NCBI GenBank assembly: GCA_964247055.1
Contig: OZ176052.1
Location: 682,001-746,000 of the forward strand
Reading direction: 5' to 3'
Length of the DNA stretch: 64,000 nucleotides
Origin: Paragordius varius
Taxonomy: Eukaryota > Animalia > Nematomorpha
Below the pieces are notes generated by a model. The model did no database searches. It saw only the letters and a list, made by a program, of their open reading frames with translations, and was not told the DNA's origin. Below are positions 26,172-41,700 of the stretch, in pieces (positions within the stretch are counted from its first letter, which is position 1; the number at the start of each line of letters is the position of its first letter). Position numbers and translations under genes: made by a program.

Positions 26172-26698
26172 AAACTTAAATGCGTTTTAGTGATTTTTAA
26201 AATCCGTGCTGGATTTGACATCACATTGTAATTCTGGTTTCACATAATGAATACGTTCAATGAATCTATTTTATATTAGCCCAAAATGCTATTTGTTTTC
26301 AGAATAATAATTTATAAGAAAATAAGATAAGTTTAGAAAAAGCGATGATCCGATTTATATTGCAGAGGTAGAATTTTAGATCATCCATTTTTCCATTGGT
26401 TATAGTTGAACTTTAAACAGATTTCCAGAGATTTAAAGTTAAGAATTGATTAATAAACTATAATGAGCTGCCTGCATGGTTGCCTCAATTTTTTTATTGC
26501 GCGAGTCTTTTATATATTAATAAAAAAAGTAAAAAAAATATGTTTTTTTTTTCAGAGAAATAGCCATTCGTTTTTTCTCTCTTTCATGCTTTTATCTATG
26601 GTTGTGTATCCTAGATTTTTTTGTTTTATTGATTTTATACTTATTATTTTTTTATTACATAATGTTACGTTTTTATATTATAAATGTAACTGATAATA

Positions 26699-26986
26699 CA
26701 GTAAAAATTAAAAATTAAACGGACAAAACATGAAAATATAAAGACAAAATTTAAAGTCAAACCCATACTTTTTTAACCTATTTTTTTCTATATAAGCTAT
26801 TTAGTTACAATTGAAAATATAGAATTGATTGTGTTAGTATTATATTCTCTATTTCGTATTTTATCATTTTAAATAATGATTTTATATTGAAAAAAATCAA
26901 GATTTATAAAGTATGGTTGTCTTTTAGAAAAAAATATCTGTCTTTATATATTCACGTTTTTGTCCGTATAATTTCAGTTTTTTCTG
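26699..26986. mobile_element. MITE family A
   Basis: TA-cagtaaaaattaaaaattaaacggacaaaac ... tgtccgtataatttcagtttttt. Confidence 0.85.
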
Positions 26987-27298
26987 TGTTAATGGCCCTG
27001 AATATATATTACATTTTTCTAATATAGTATGCTTATTTGGATAAATACAAACGTCTGCAAATGTGTCTAACAACAATGTAATTTTAATGATATTATACTG
27101 TGCAGGGCCCTTAATATGATATATCTTTTTTTGCCCGCCCTTATAATTTTTTGGTGAGTACCACTGTTTTAAAAATTTATTTAAACAGTCCATTTGATTT
27201 TCTCTCCGGTGCAATCATTTTGTATATAATATGCGAGAAACTCTGGTCTTTACAAGTTGGTCTACCATTAACATTTCAAATTTACCTTTAAACAGTTA

Positions 27299-27475
27299 CA
27301 GTATGCATTTCAATGGGTGCTTATTTTACACTATCGTTGAACATTTGCAACACAGTATGTATGGAAAAAACAACAAAATGTTAAATAAACAATTTTTCCT
27401 TTCGTTTTTTTCATACACTCATATGTTGCAAATTGCTTAATAGTGTGAAATAAGCAACCATTAAAATGCATACTG
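27299..27475. mobile_element. MITE family D
   Basis: TA-cagtatgcatttcaatgg ... ccattaaaatgcatactg-TA. Confidence 0.88.
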
Positions 27476-27514
27476 TATTTGTCTCTAATCTGAAATTCAT
27501 ATTCACGTAAAATT

Positions 27515-27940
27515 ATGTCTGGATAAAACATTTCAGTTCTTCGATTCAATTTGGGGTAGTTCTATACCCCAGGGTTGTTTTAAATAATTAAAAAAAAATA
27601 TGTAATAAAGTGAAACAATGAGTTTGCACTTATGTAACATTAATGAACCGAACTATAAAAAAGGATCATTCAAAAAATTACTTGATATTTTTTATACATG
27701 GGTTAAACCCAAAGGTAAAAATTTAGTAACTATCTCATGTGTCTGAAAGTTAAATATAAAATAATACAAAATATACCACTTTTTTAATAGTGTTAAATGT
27801 GATTTTAATAAAGTAAACTAAATTTTAGGCTTATAATCAAATAAACACGATATTTTGCGAAAATGTTGTAAAATAAAAATGGTGTCCAAGTAGTTTGATA
27901 CGGAACTTTTTTTATAAAAATTTCGATACCCCAATTTGAA
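27515..27940. mobile_element. MITE family C
   Basis: catttcagttcttcgattcaatttggggtagttctatacccc, collinear with 14701 copy. Confidence 0.75.
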
Positions 27941-28298
27941 TTGAAGTTTAATAATGTTGACTCTATGTCAGGCATAACAATTGTTTTGTTTTATGCCTTT
28001 TTCTAATTTTTCAAATTTGAAATAGAAACAAGATTTTTATCTAAGGCCACTTGTAGTTTAAAATAATTTAAATAAAACAAACTCCTCTAATATTTATACT
28101 TTTAAAAATATTTTGATCTTAACATAATAGGGTATTAAAGCAAAAATGAAACTATGCAACAACAAAAGTTGAATCTAAATATGAATTAATTTAGCCCAGC
28201 GACAGTTTAAATTTTTTAATAAGGGTTCATTCGGAATACAAATGCTTTAAAATGGTTTATGCCGTTCACAAAAGGGGCAAATGACTAGTGGCCTTTTA

Positions 28299-28579
28299 CA
28301 GTAAATGTTGAAAATATACAGACAAAATGTAAAAATATAAAGACAAATTTATTTTCCATAGACAACCATACTTTTTTAAACCTTAATTTATCCAAAGCAT
28401 TAAATTACAATCGTAAAATACATAATTGATTGTGTTACCAATTTAAATATCAATACTTTGTAGTTATTAACAATGAGTTGTATTTAAAAAAATTAAGACT
28501 TAAAAAGTATGGTTATCTTTTTGAAAAAATATTTGTCTTTATAATTCACGTTTGGTCCGTATAATTTCAATTTTCACTG
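28299..28579. mobile_element. MITE family A
   Basis: TA-cagtaaatgttgaaaatatacagac ... gtccgtataatttcaattttcactg-TA. Confidence 0.88.
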
Positions 28580-31500
28580 TATAATAAAAATATAAGAAAA
28601 TATTGGGTAGAATAAGTTTAAATACAAGATAGAAGGCTTATGAAATTGCTGAAATTTTATTATATTATAGAAATTGGAGCGAAACCAAATTCGCAAAACT
28701 GGAATTACTATTAACTAAATAAAACTGACTAAGTTTAAAACCCAAATACCGGAAACTCTAAAATATTTAAAAGGTAAAATGGTTTTCAATAGTGGAACTA
28801 TTCATTTAAAACTTTCCATCCATCAAAACAGACATTAATAAAAATTTATTTTACAAAACCATATTGGTTACAGTATGAAATTATCAATTAAAATTTTAAA
28901 TTATAAATCAATATTTATGGATTTAATAATTTTAAAACGGATTATTTTATATTTTATCACAAATTTTTTTATTAAACTGTGGGTGGGAGGGCAATAGCAA
29001 AATTACCATATAAATTGTTTTTTATGAAATCAAGATAACTAAAATAATTTTAAGTCTTTGATAAAGTATCAGTGAATGCCCATAAGGGGTTCTAGGGAAT
29101 CAAGATTTTATTATATTTATCACTGTTTTCCTTAAAATTTTTTTGATATCGCCTTACTTTTCCAAAAAGATGAAATATAATATTTTTTTTCCTAAGAGGT
29201 TTATACTACAGAATAAGAGGAATTACTAAAAAATTTAATTTGTTTTAGATATTTCGTTAAAATATGAAAATCGTTTCCATAAACTTCAAAATTATATTTT
29301 ACTAAAAATTTTTTTTCTTAATGAATTGATCAGTTTATATAACGAGGGTTATCAAATTTTAGTAATTTAAGGCTTATCAACCTAGCATATATTACATTTA
29401 GGCAGAACATCATATATATCATTATTATTTCTATCCTTATGAAGAAGGTTACCATAAACCTCTAGTCTGGTTTGATAAAAAAATGTCAAAGGCCAATTTT
29501 TGTCGATTAAAATTTCAAAATAAGAGATAATAATTATTATTATTAGTATGTCAGCGGCTTAATTATATTATTCGACATATATTGTAGATTCTTTGATGTT
29601 TTTTTCATTGAGTCATCGATTTTTTTCCTAATATAGAATTTGGATGATGTTTTAACTTTAAATTTTTTTAACTCTTAAAAATTATTTTTTTTGAAAAAGT
29701 TGAAATATATTTTTTGTTCAAAAATATAAAAATTAATTCTCAGAAGTTAGCTAAAGGATTTTTAATCCCTGGAGGAGAGAGTTAGAAATGATATATCATC
29801 TATGTAATAACCTTGCATAAAAATTTCTCACTAATAAATATATTAAAAATAAATATGTCCGCAAAAAAATGGTTTTGTCATAATTTATAAATTATGCATT
29901 TTTTTATATGAGAGAAAATCACTTAAGCTAGATAAAAGTTATAAAAATGGTAATTTTGCTGTGAGCTTTTATAGTAAAGCGTAAGCTATATATAGTTAAT
30001 CAATAAATACAGTTTATATAGCTTTATTAAAAAAGAGTAAAAAAAGGTTTAATTAATACAATGTCCACAGATAAAATTTATATATTCTGATAGGAAAATG
30101 TATCAGGATTATCTTACAAGTGTTTTAAGAGAGTTATCATAGTTATACTCCTCTATAACAAAAAATGGCAAATTTTGGCTGAAATTGAGGTCAATTAAAA
30201 ATATTTTTAAAAATGCATACTTTGTTTCAAAAACTTTGTTTTTTGTAAAATTTTAAAGTAGATGTAAACAGTATAAAAAGCTCTAAGATATGTAGAACCT
30301 CTCTATAATTCTATGCAAAACATTTCTATCATCTGTTCCTTCAAATTTATGTATATAAATTTTGTTTTTACAAAAATTTACCCAATTTTAAAGCAAACGA
30401 ACGTTTAAATTAAAATTCAGGGAGAGATGTGTTTAGTATTATCGTGTTATGTGGAAGAAGTGTTTTTATAATATCTTAAAGTTTAAACCGTTTCCATCAT
30501 TCATCATAATAGTGAGAAATACTCAACAAAATTTTGTTAAAAATTAAATTTTTGTAAAAAGTGTGCGTTTTTAAAAATATTTTTAGTGGATATCAGAATT
30601 TAGCAGATATTTAAAAATTATATTGCGCAATCCATTTTTGCGTATTTTTGGAATTGCTAAAAAACTAGGCATTTTCGGAGCCCACATCTAAAATTGTTTT
30701 GCTTTTTATATGTGTAGTTTATAATATAGTTTAAAGATATTTTTTTAAATGAAGCCACTAGCTTTCACCAAAAAAATTTTATTAGAAAAATGTTTGCAAA
30801 TTTTGTCATTTTCTGATATAGAGCAATTGCTGAAATTATACTTTCTTTTATCACTGGTAATAAGGGCCTAAACCAAAAGCAACATAAAAATTTTAATACA
30901 TTTACTTATCATAATACGTATTTTAATGGGGTTTGTTTTATACCACCCGATTCTGAACGCAGATATATAATTATTATTGAGAATAAATACATGATAGATA
31001 TTGGTAAACATTGTCAGTTTAAAATATATTTCGAATTAGGAAAACAAAATTATTTGTCCAGAAATCCTAACGAAAAAAAATGGCCTTTGTTTAACATTAT
31101 TTTAAATCTTCAAACAATAACTAGCTAAACCGTTTTTAAATTTATGAAAATATAAATAGGGTCAAATATTTAAGAACCAACTTAGTTTTGGTTATATTTT
31201 TTAAAATAGGTGGTTTCTATAAGATTTTTCTCTAAAAAAAATTCATAAACTAATTGTTTAATACCATAAATATATATTTTACAGTAAATTTCAAAATAAA
31301 TAGATTAATATATATTATTTTCATCAATAATCATGTTAAATATTTTTTTTCGATCGCCACGGTAAAATTAAATATTTAACAACAAAACAGAAATTATTTT
31401 TGTTAAATATTAATATACAGTATAAGTATGGGGACTTAAAGGGCACATTCTTCATTCGTAGACCTTAATCTACCAAAGATAAAAGTTTCCGTTGTCTCTT

Positions 31501-31854
31501 TATACATTCTCAAATATAAGAAGAGTAATGCGAAAAAGTTCAACCATCCTTTAAAACATTTTATAAATATAAATACAAATAATTTAAATGCTTGAAAATA
31601 ACACACATATATTTGCAGCCCTACTAAAAATTATTTGTAAATTTATTAAGTACTTTTATCACCAATATTATATTATCTATAATATACATATAGATTAATA
31701 TATACAATTATAACCCATATTGCATTTTGTATAATAATCACTATTCATGTTCCATAAAAAATTGATATATAATATATATTATATACTCCCAAATCTGTAA
31801 TAAATAATTATTTGTCTTTGGTTATATTTATATTTAATATATATTCTAATTTTT

Positions 31855-31901
<47 letters not shown>

Positions 31902-32046
31902 CCCTTAATATTTTTTGATTCTTATTACATTGAATATATATATATATATATATATATAATGTAAAAACATATAAACAAATATTTTTTTTTGAAAAGACAA
32001 CTAACCTTACTTTTTTAAACTTTAATTTTTTCTACATGAATTACTT

Positions 32047-32237
32047 ACATTATGAGTAAGGATACATTGCATTTTTTAATTATTGCCAAATAGTCTATAC
32101 AACAAAGGGGGCAGTATTATTGGCTTATAGTTAATTTTTTCACTTTTTACTTACATTGTTAGCCAATAATAATTCTCTTTGCACGTGCTATTTGGCAATA
32201 ATTAATAACTTTCTAGCAATATATACTTATTCATACT
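32047..32237. mobile_element. MITE family E
   Basis: atgagtaaggatacattgc ... gcaatatatacttattcatac. Confidence 0.65.
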
Positions 32238-32431
32238 TTAATTCCAATTTGGAAATATATAATTGAGTGTGTAAACCATTTACACTTTGTATTTTTTAAC
32301 CCAAAACAAAGAGTTATATAGATAAAATAAGGGATTAAAAAAGAAAGTATGCGGTTATCTTTTAGGGAAAAAAATATTTTTAACAACATTTTGTCCATAG
32401 TAAAATTTCATTTTCAAAAAATCTATCCTTT

Positions 32432-34278
32432 TTAAAAACGGTGTTGAATAGGTGCTCTCGCTATAAGACCAGTCTTAAGTAAAACTTCAAACGGAGAGTT
32501 TTTTTCCTCGTTTGAATTTTCATTTTTATGATTAATCGTCTCAGGTCCGTAATATTCAATTCTTTGTCCATTGATGTCCGTTAAAGTGCCCCCCAAGGTA
32601 TCTAGCAAGGCATTTCCTGCACAAATGTCCCATTTCTTAATGTAAGTCGTATGTAAGTAGTATTGAGCATGTCCATTAAGTAATTCCAAAACTTTGTAAC
32701 CTAAAATATTCAATTATAAAATAAGGTTTATATGTGCAATGAGGGAAAACAAAAAGCTTTGGGGTTTTATTATAAAAAGTAAACATACACACACAATTTA
32801 CTAAAAAATGTAATTTAAAAGTATTTATAACATAAATTACTTAAAATATATGTAAATTATAGATTAATAAGATAATTTACTTAAAATATATGTAAATTTA
32901 ATTAGATTTATAACATAAATATACATTAAATATGTAATTATATATTACAATCGTTGGGGTAATAAAAACAAACAAACAAAAAAATAATTTAAAATTTTAA
33001 TTTTTAGCCAATACCACACATGAAATCAATCAATTATAAAGTAGTGCTTTTTAATTTTGAGTTGTACCAGCATTCAAGTTATAATAAACGATAATCATTT
33101 TTTTTGTTTAGACAATAGTAAACTAAACTAATTTTTAAACTTGAAGCCAAATTTAGTACTAAATTACACTTTTTGGAATTTTTAAAACCCATTTTTTATC
33201 CCAAAAATGCTAAAACATCTATATATATCATTTATATTTTAAATTCACCCTTGAACATTCACCCTTCACCCTCGAACAATTCAAATTCACCCTTCACCCT
33301 CGAACAATTCAAATTCACCCTTGAACATTTCAAAATCACCCTAAAAGAAATTATGAGTTTTTTAAGATGAAAAATTACATATATTTCTTTATTAGGAAAT
33401 GAAATCATGTTAAAAATTAATATAATGCTGAAAAATATATTTCTTATAAATGATTATTTATATTAGCCCAAAAACACATAATTTATTTTTAGGATGAATT
33501 TGAATTGTTCAAGGGTGTGAATTTGAATTGTTTAAGGGTAAATTTGAATTGTTCAAGGGGGTAAATTTGAATTGTTTAAGGGTGAATTTGAATTAAATTT
33601 GAACTGTTTAAGGGTGAATTTGAATTGTTTAAGGTTAAATTTAAATTGTTTAAGGGTGAATTTGAATTGTTCAAGGGCGTGAATTTGAATTGTTTAAGGG
33701 TGAATTTGAATTAAATTTGAACTGTTTAAAGGTGAATTTAAATTGTTCAAGGGTGTGAATTTAAATTGTTCAAGGGTGAATTTAAATTGTTTAAGGGTGA
33801 ATTTGAACTATAAATAGTATACATCCCTAAATTTTTAAGGCATACCTGCACCCCCGGCTGGAATTATACGCATATTTGAATTTTCATTATTTTCTTCTGC
33901 CGCTGCTTGATTAGTCAAGTCAACCAATTTATTTGATTTAGATTTCGAGTTAAAGTTTGAGTTTAACAATTCCTTCGTTAAAATTTGTTGAGCGACGGAA
34001 TTTATATTGCCAGGGTGTGAACGTGAGACTAGAACTTTTATACTTGGTTCATTTCGTTGACTAAAAATTAAAAAGTAAAAAGTCAATTATTTTCAGTATA
34101 AAAACAGATAAAGACAAAAAAAAAGAATAAAGAAAATATTAATTTTATAAATTTAATCTAGAGTAAAAATTGAAATTATACGTGAGGACAAAACGTAAAA
34201 ATATAAAGACAAAAATTTTTTTCCCTAAAAAACAATTAACCATACTTTTTAAATCTTCGTTCATTTTTTTAAATCTAT

Positions 34279-34344
<66 letters not shown>

Positions 34345-36556
34345 AAAACAATCTATATGATATTTTACCATCCTTTATTGAATAGCTCATATAGGAAAAT
34401 TTAAGGTAAAAAGTATGGTTGTGTTTTGGAAAAAAATATTTATTATATTATTACGTTTTGTCCATAGTATAATTTTAATTTTTACTGTAATTATTCCAAA
34501 TACCACATATCTGTGATTTAAGTGAGTAATTAATTAGATTTAAATTTCCCTATTTCACAATTGGTTCATAAAAGTATGGCTGTTCTTTTAATGTAAATAT
34601 TTGTCTTTTAATAGTTTTTGCGTTTTTTGGTTAAATTTTAAAATTTTTACTGTAATTCCTTTTCACTATCCGTATTTATATCGCTTGGAGTAAATTGATT
34701 GTTGTTTGATTTCAAATCATCCAAATTGGGTGAATATGTATGATTAACCCAACCCCAATCTATATAGCATAGTATAAAAATAAAAAATTTAATTTTTAAG
34801 TAAAAAACGTAATATTTTTGTTAAATTCAGCCAGATTTTTAAAAGTTTTAAAAAAAATTATAAATTTTGGGACTTAATTTTTTCCATAACCGTCAGTTTT
34901 TTGTGAATTGCTTTATCAAAACGCAAAATTAATTAAAATCATAATTTAGGTTTATCTTTTTGTGTATTTATAATGAGATTAAAATTGAAAATAAATGATT
35001 TTTTACCCACATATGGCCCTATTAATAATACAATGCTAGAAATATTTTTTATTTCCTTGGCTTACTTATACTGACTTAAAAAGTTTTCGGAAGCTTATAT
35101 AAAAGGATTCATTATTAACATGAATAAATCTTTTATAAATTTGGAAAAGTACATACTATAATCAACACGAGGTAAGTAATTTTGAGGCGTTTATTATAAA
35201 TAATTGTAGATATATAATTTAATATTTTTTTCAAATTCTGAGATATTACAAAATCAATTACATGTATTTTCTTCAAGGTCTGGCGTTTGAAATGGTTTAT
35301 AGATTACACCCATAATAGGTCGACCTTTAACCGCAACACATACCATAGTTGTAACATATTCCAATAAGTCTTCTGTAAGAAATATATATATATATATATA
35401 TTAGTTAAAAAACATAAAGACAAAACGTAAAAACTAGAGACGAGATATAGATATTTTTGGAAAAAAAGACAACCATATATTCGAGAACCTTAATTTTTTA
35501 TAAAGTTATCGCTTTCGGTTGCTAATAAAGCAATCTAAATTGGTATCACACCATAAAAACCATTTTACAATTATATTTATACTGTATTTTATTAAGAAAA
35601 AATCAAGGTTTAAGAAAAATTATAGTTAGTAAATGAATAAAAATTTTTTTATCTTTTACTTTTTATGTTTTGTCTATTTTATACTGTAAAACAATAAGCT
35701 TTTTATATAAAAATTTGTCCTGAATCAATTAAAGGTAAAACTACCATGATTATAGATTAATATTAAAATAAGAGGGGTAACTATAAATACAAATGGTATA
35801 TTTAATTAAAAATTATTGATGTCATAAAATGATAAAGACCATACATAATAAATAAACGAATAATGTTTTATTTGTAACGAAAACTATATTTTTTAATCCT
35901 TAATTTTTGCTTGATAACTATATCCATATTTCGCAACCCAAAAACGTTAGATATTTATAAAAAAAAATTAATATATTTGAAGATTGATGTTTTATTCTCT
36001 TTATAATTTTTTATTAAACAATATATAAAAACCCGTATATTCCTGCGTTGCATCTAACGGATCAATCCATATGGCAATATCGGATTGAGAAACAAATTCT
36101 TTGGATATTTTTGGTATTTGAGGTAATTTTAAATCAATTTTAACATCTTTTGCACTGTATTGTTCTTCTGATACAATCTATTATATGATTAATGGTTAAA
36201 AGCATATATACTGGTATATTGGGGAAAAAATTCCGAATAGTTTTTATCATTGCAATATTAGAGTATAAATCTCCATCAGTCAAGGGATCATTCGCACCTT
36301 CTTTCGTCTTTCCTTTACTTTTTTGATGTAATTTGTGTTGCTCTTTGATACTTTTGACGTAGGCGCCACCATTTCTTGCAGATAAAATGCAAACTGAAAG
36401 TAAATCATTTAAATCAATTTTTTCATTGAGATAAAGATTTGTTTGATAAATACTGTTTTTATATTTAATTAAAAATATAAATAAAACGAGAAAAACTATA
36501 AGAACTAAAACCACATTTTTTCGTAACATACCGTGCCTAGCTTTATGTAGTGGCAT
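32432..36556 (-). CDS. IMPAD1: Golgi 3'-phosphoadenosine 5'-phosphate phosphatase (inositol monophosphatase family)
   Basis: Exons 36212-36556 (signal anchor, [14 protein letters not shown]), 36033-36177 ([14 protein letters not shown]), 35262-35372, 34651-34759, 33846-34060 (VSRSH, PAGGAG), 32432-32700 ([12 protein letters not shown]); 397 aa. Confidence 0.95.
33229..33817. mobile_element. Foldback MITE family B with short arrays in both arms
   Basis: Left array 33241-33343, right array 33494-33810. Confidence 0.85.
34094..34652. mobile_element. Nested MITE family A: old outer copy with younger copy at 34161-34487
   Basis: Outer ends cagtataaaaacagataaagacaaaa (degenerate) and aaatttttactg-TA; inner copy has central (TA)n. 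Confidence 0.75.
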
Positions 36557-38781
36557 ATGTATAATTTTATGTAAAAATTTTGGGATAATTTATTAACTTT
36601 ATATTTATTTATTAAACATTATTTGAATGTAGAACTTTAAATAGCATTATTATTTATTAACTAAAGGATCAATTAATAAATCATTATACCAAATTATAAT
36701 CTATAGTTAGTTGTTTTAATTGTGTAACGAAATATTGGGTTTTTGGAGAAACTATAAAATATCTTTTACCAAAATATAATTACCATATACTTATTATACT
36801 GTAAGAACTTTATATAATTTCTTGTCTTCCAAGAACTGTTTGATAGCGCTTAAAATTAATCGCATACTATGGTAAGCAAAAATTTTGTTCAAATTTTATC
36901 AAAATTACTGAATATAATTTATTTTAACCATAATATATTAATGTTTTGTTGTTTGGCAATGTAACGTCTAACTGCTAAAATGAGAATTTATACAATTTGA
37001 TTTAATTTTTCTAAAGTAACAAAATATTTAATACATATAAAATGTGCTTAAATATCATAATATTTTTAAGCATTATTTTTATAATAGCTTTTTTGAGTTA
37101 CGACTTAGGCTATAATAATTTCTTGAAATTTTATACAAGGAAATGAGGGGTGACCCAAACAATATGGCGAATGAGCCCGATCCAATAGCTAAAATAATTA
37201 ATATTAAATTGCTAAAATATTCTATGGCTCAAAGTTGAGATTGGAAACATTTGAGTTTGATGCAAGAAAATTTGAAAACCTTAATCAAAAAAAGAAAGAA
37301 AATGTGAGCTAATTAAATAGTCTTATTCACACGTCTTATTTATTTAACATGGCCCAACGACCCCATTTATAGTATGGCACTCAGTACATCTAATCCAAAC
37401 TGGCCAAAATTCGACAACTTTAATAAACTAATCCATAATTTTTTCAAAAAAAAACAGACACCTTCCAGAAATAAATAATAACTTGAATCCAGGTTCTTGC
37501 CTCTAAATGATTCTCTATAAGCCATAGCAAATTCTTGATTACTTAAAATACAACTTTCCTCTAAAATATTCCCCGTGTATTCAAAGCATATGACTAGCTC
37601 TAACAATCGTATACAGGTGTTAAGCATTGAATTTTATTCTAACATCAAAACCATTGTGAATTTATTATAGGCAAATAAATAACTATTATTAATCAAATGC
37701 AATTATTTACCATTTTTCAATCGATTTCCCGTTTTTAAATCATTCCTTTGTTTAAGTTTTAATAAAAATTCTAACTCTCACACTTTATTAAAAACTATGT
37801 AGTATACTTTTGATTCAGCTATGTTTTAAACCCACTCCGGTCTCTAATGCGTTAATTAGCCCTATTGGTACTATAATGTGGACCAAATCAATTTTTGATT
37901 AGACATCTGTAAATACCATATTTTCAGGATAAGTATATTCAACACTATGTAATTAAGATTTCCCAATAGGGAAGTTTGGATGTGCTAAAAATACTTAAAG
38001 AATTCGAAATAGTTAAATTTATAATAGTCTAAAAATTAAGCTAGTCTTATTTGTCAGCCTGATACTTCTAATATTTGGGGATTTAAAACAAATATTTTTG
38101 AAACTCTTGTTAATCACCAATAATGATGTAGATGTATAAATAAATTTTTTTATCAAACATTGAAACAAAACTTTTCAAAATAATTCCTAATAAAAATCTA
38201 ACATTTTTTTTCAGTTCGATGATATAACCTTATATACGCTCAATCTTACATTTTTGATTGGACTTATAAAATTAGGGTTAATATCTATAATTTAATCTAT
38301 TTAATAAAAATAATAAAAATTTTCTTTGACTAATTAGTTTGTGGATATGTGTGCAAGTTTTGTCTGGTTTCATAGGAAAATGTTTGATCTTTACTTTTTA
38401 TTATTATCGTGATATTTTTTTATATTATCATGAAATGTAATAAATCTTCTCTTGGTTAACCAAAAATTTGTTCTATCCTTAATAATTTATGTAATTTGAA
38501 AGGTGGTTCAATCTCCATTTTTATAACATCTAATATTTAATTTTTTGTTCAAAATATTGGTTTTAATCTTTTTTTTGTGAATTTGTTAGAATGCGGTTGT
38601 CATTTTAGTTTTAGCGATATAAAAATACTTTCATTATTTCTATGAGCATTTCATAGTTGGTCCAAAATTTAAAGTTTTATAACTTTACGCTTTTTTGTAG
38701 ATTCATCGATTTTTTCGATTCTATAATAGAATATATCAAATTCTCTGTTGATACGTTTCCACCACTTTAAGTGTTATTCGC

Positions 38782-41700
38782 ATGAATAAACCTAATAGCC
38801 TTTACACGAAAAAAACTGTATTTTTCTTAACAATTTTTGCAACGAATTGTTTTGACCTTTGTCTCACTCATATAGCACATATATATCATTCCTTCAAACA
38901 AAAATTATTCACAATATATATCAGATCAAAATGTAGCGAGGACCCAAAGATCTTCAAAGTTAACCCAAAAATCGATGTTGACTACCGAAAAAATTTATTA
39001 AATTCAATATTGCAAAAATTAACGTTTGCAATTTTAGTTTTTTCCTTCTATAACTGCACAACAGTCTTGACTGAAGCTAAAATAGGCGGAAAAGGTAGTA
39101 CTAAAAATATATCAATAGACCCATTTCGGATTCTTATAGTAAATCTGGACGAAAAATTTGAAAAAAGTAATAATTTAACTTTTTTAACGGATAAAATTTG
39201 GGCAAATATGTTTTATCCCGATAAACTCCGTTCAAAAATCCCTCAAAATAATTTGAAGCAAATCCTAAATATTACAGCCCTTACATTAACTCAAATCGAA
39301 AATAAATATATGAATATGATTAGAAATATCGAGAAAACAAGAGTTGAAAAAAACATAAGCTATTTCCATCATTTTTTACGCTTACAATACCCTGAAAGGC
39401 GGCACATTATATTTTTCTTGTTAACACAATCGGATTTGACAAAAATTATTGAGCTGACACCATCATTATTCAATCAAGACAAAAATGATAAAAATGAAAA
39501 TTTTCTTGATGATACAATAAAAGTTGCAAAGAATTTTCATGTAAATTGGAATTTCATACCAGAAGGCACAGTGTCGAAAAATATAAACTATTTGGCCAGC
39601 TTGCGGAATAACACTATTGCTCCTTCATGGTCGTCGTTAAAAATCAATAATAACCAACAAATTAATCATAAACATAATGGCAAAAATAAAAAATCTTTAT
39701 TGACAGTAAAGACATCAATTTTACATTACTTAGCAGAGCAAAATTTATATAAGCTTGATAGGAGGGATAATTATTCCATGAATGAAATTGTTAGTAATAT
39801 AAGTGATATGCCACCTCTCAATATTATCATACCATTAATTCATAATGATGAGATTGATGATAACTTATTTGCTAACAATAAATATTGGAAACAACCAAGT
39901 TTAACACATGGCAAAAATTTCAAGCAACATAATAAAAAGGTAATTATGAAAAATTTCAAAGATTTTTGCAAATTAGTGTGTTATATTTGTGTTATATATC
40001 ATTTTTTCAGTGAGAGCATACAATTTTAAACTTATTCACTAGTTAGGGGGGGGGGGGCTGATTAGAAGTAATTTTTGACGGCTTAGCCAGTTAATTTAAG
40101 AATCAAGATTTCAGACAAAAATTTTGTACCACAAAATATTTTTTTATAGCTAATATAATTAATAAAATATAATAACCTATTTTATCATAATTATATTTTT
40201 TTCGAATAATAGTTCCAACCAAAAACCAAAATCTTTAATGGCGATGCCCAAACTCGTGCTAAGTACTGCAGCAATACTCTTATTATAAATGGCAATGTAA
40301 GGGATTCAATGGAAAGATTTGCCCCGAACAACCTTGAAATGGACCTGATGGTAAAACTTATCAAAAGATTTAATTGGAAAAGTGTCATCCTTGTCGTTAG
40401 CGATAATCTCCAAGGTAGCAAAATAATGCAAATGTTTAGAGAATCCGTTCAACACACAAATATTCAAGTAAAATGATAACCACATTTCATATCTTTTGTA
40501 TATAATATCATTGATTAATTCCGAGATTATATGGATGAAATACTAATTGGGTATTTTAGGCAATTTACAAATGTACCATAACAAATTTTAAAAAAGTAAA
40601 ATCAATTATATATATATATATATAAGGCTATATTGTAAATTCATTAGTAAATGCCATCCATCATTTATGATAAACGGATGTTTCAAACATTATTGTAAAT
40701 AATGAAATTTTTTAAAGTAAAATGTTTTATTTATCTCTGTCATATGTAGATTAGCGTATAAAACTTACTATCGTTAAACCTTAAAGGATTACAAAATAAT
40801 TGATTCCCAAACTTACTTTGTCTAATCTCTTTATTTGTTCTCTATGCCAGCATTTTGTAGCCCGCCTGTATCAATTCTTAATCCCAAATAATCATACACT
40901 GGAAATTGCAAACTGACTTTAATTACAACTTTTTAGCAGCGTAAATCCTTTATGTTTTACTTTTGATACTAGGAAAAAGTAAGTTAACGGTATATTCTTC
41001 AAAATTTTGCCCATTAACTGAATATTTCAGGTGTGCTTCTATATGTTAGTCCTTATCGAATATATTCATATGAGCATATTTTGTGGCAAGACGCCCAGTG
41101 TCTTTATCATATATAATAGGCTACCAGAATTTTTCCGAATTTCTCTGTCATTGACATACTATAACTATATGTCGTCAACACGGAGTTTAGCGTTTTTTAC
41201 TTACACATACATGCATATAATACGCATTAGCCCAAATAATGTTTTTCTAAATTACTTAACTATGTAAAAATCTCTCCTAAAGTCGATAATCAGATCTTGG
41301 ATATTTTTTTCTTATTATAGCGTGGTGTTGCATCTGAATCGATTCGAAGCTGAATAAGGTTTTTGATATAAATTGGAATAGCGTATATACACTTTGATGT
41401 TTCAAAAATTGACATCTTTTACCAGTTAATCCCCATGTCAAACTTGGTCGTACAAATAGTGGACTAGGGTTAGCATTCAAAACTTAATAACTTTTGCTTT
41501 GTGTCAGAACACCCAAAAATGTTCACTAATCAAACGCTTCGTTGAAAATAAAAACAAGATCTTTCTTTACCTTAAGTTATTAGAGGAATCTTCGTTTTCT
41601 AATATCTAGCACGAAAGTTGCTGAAATAGCTTGACACGCTTTAAATGTGCCCAGTCCTTATTCCTACATTCGTTATTTGAGTGATTTTCGCAGCGGCTAT

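Noticed and set aside
37367-37627. 86 aa ORF between IMPAD1 and NMDAR
   Set aside because: No recognisable motif or supporting exon structure.
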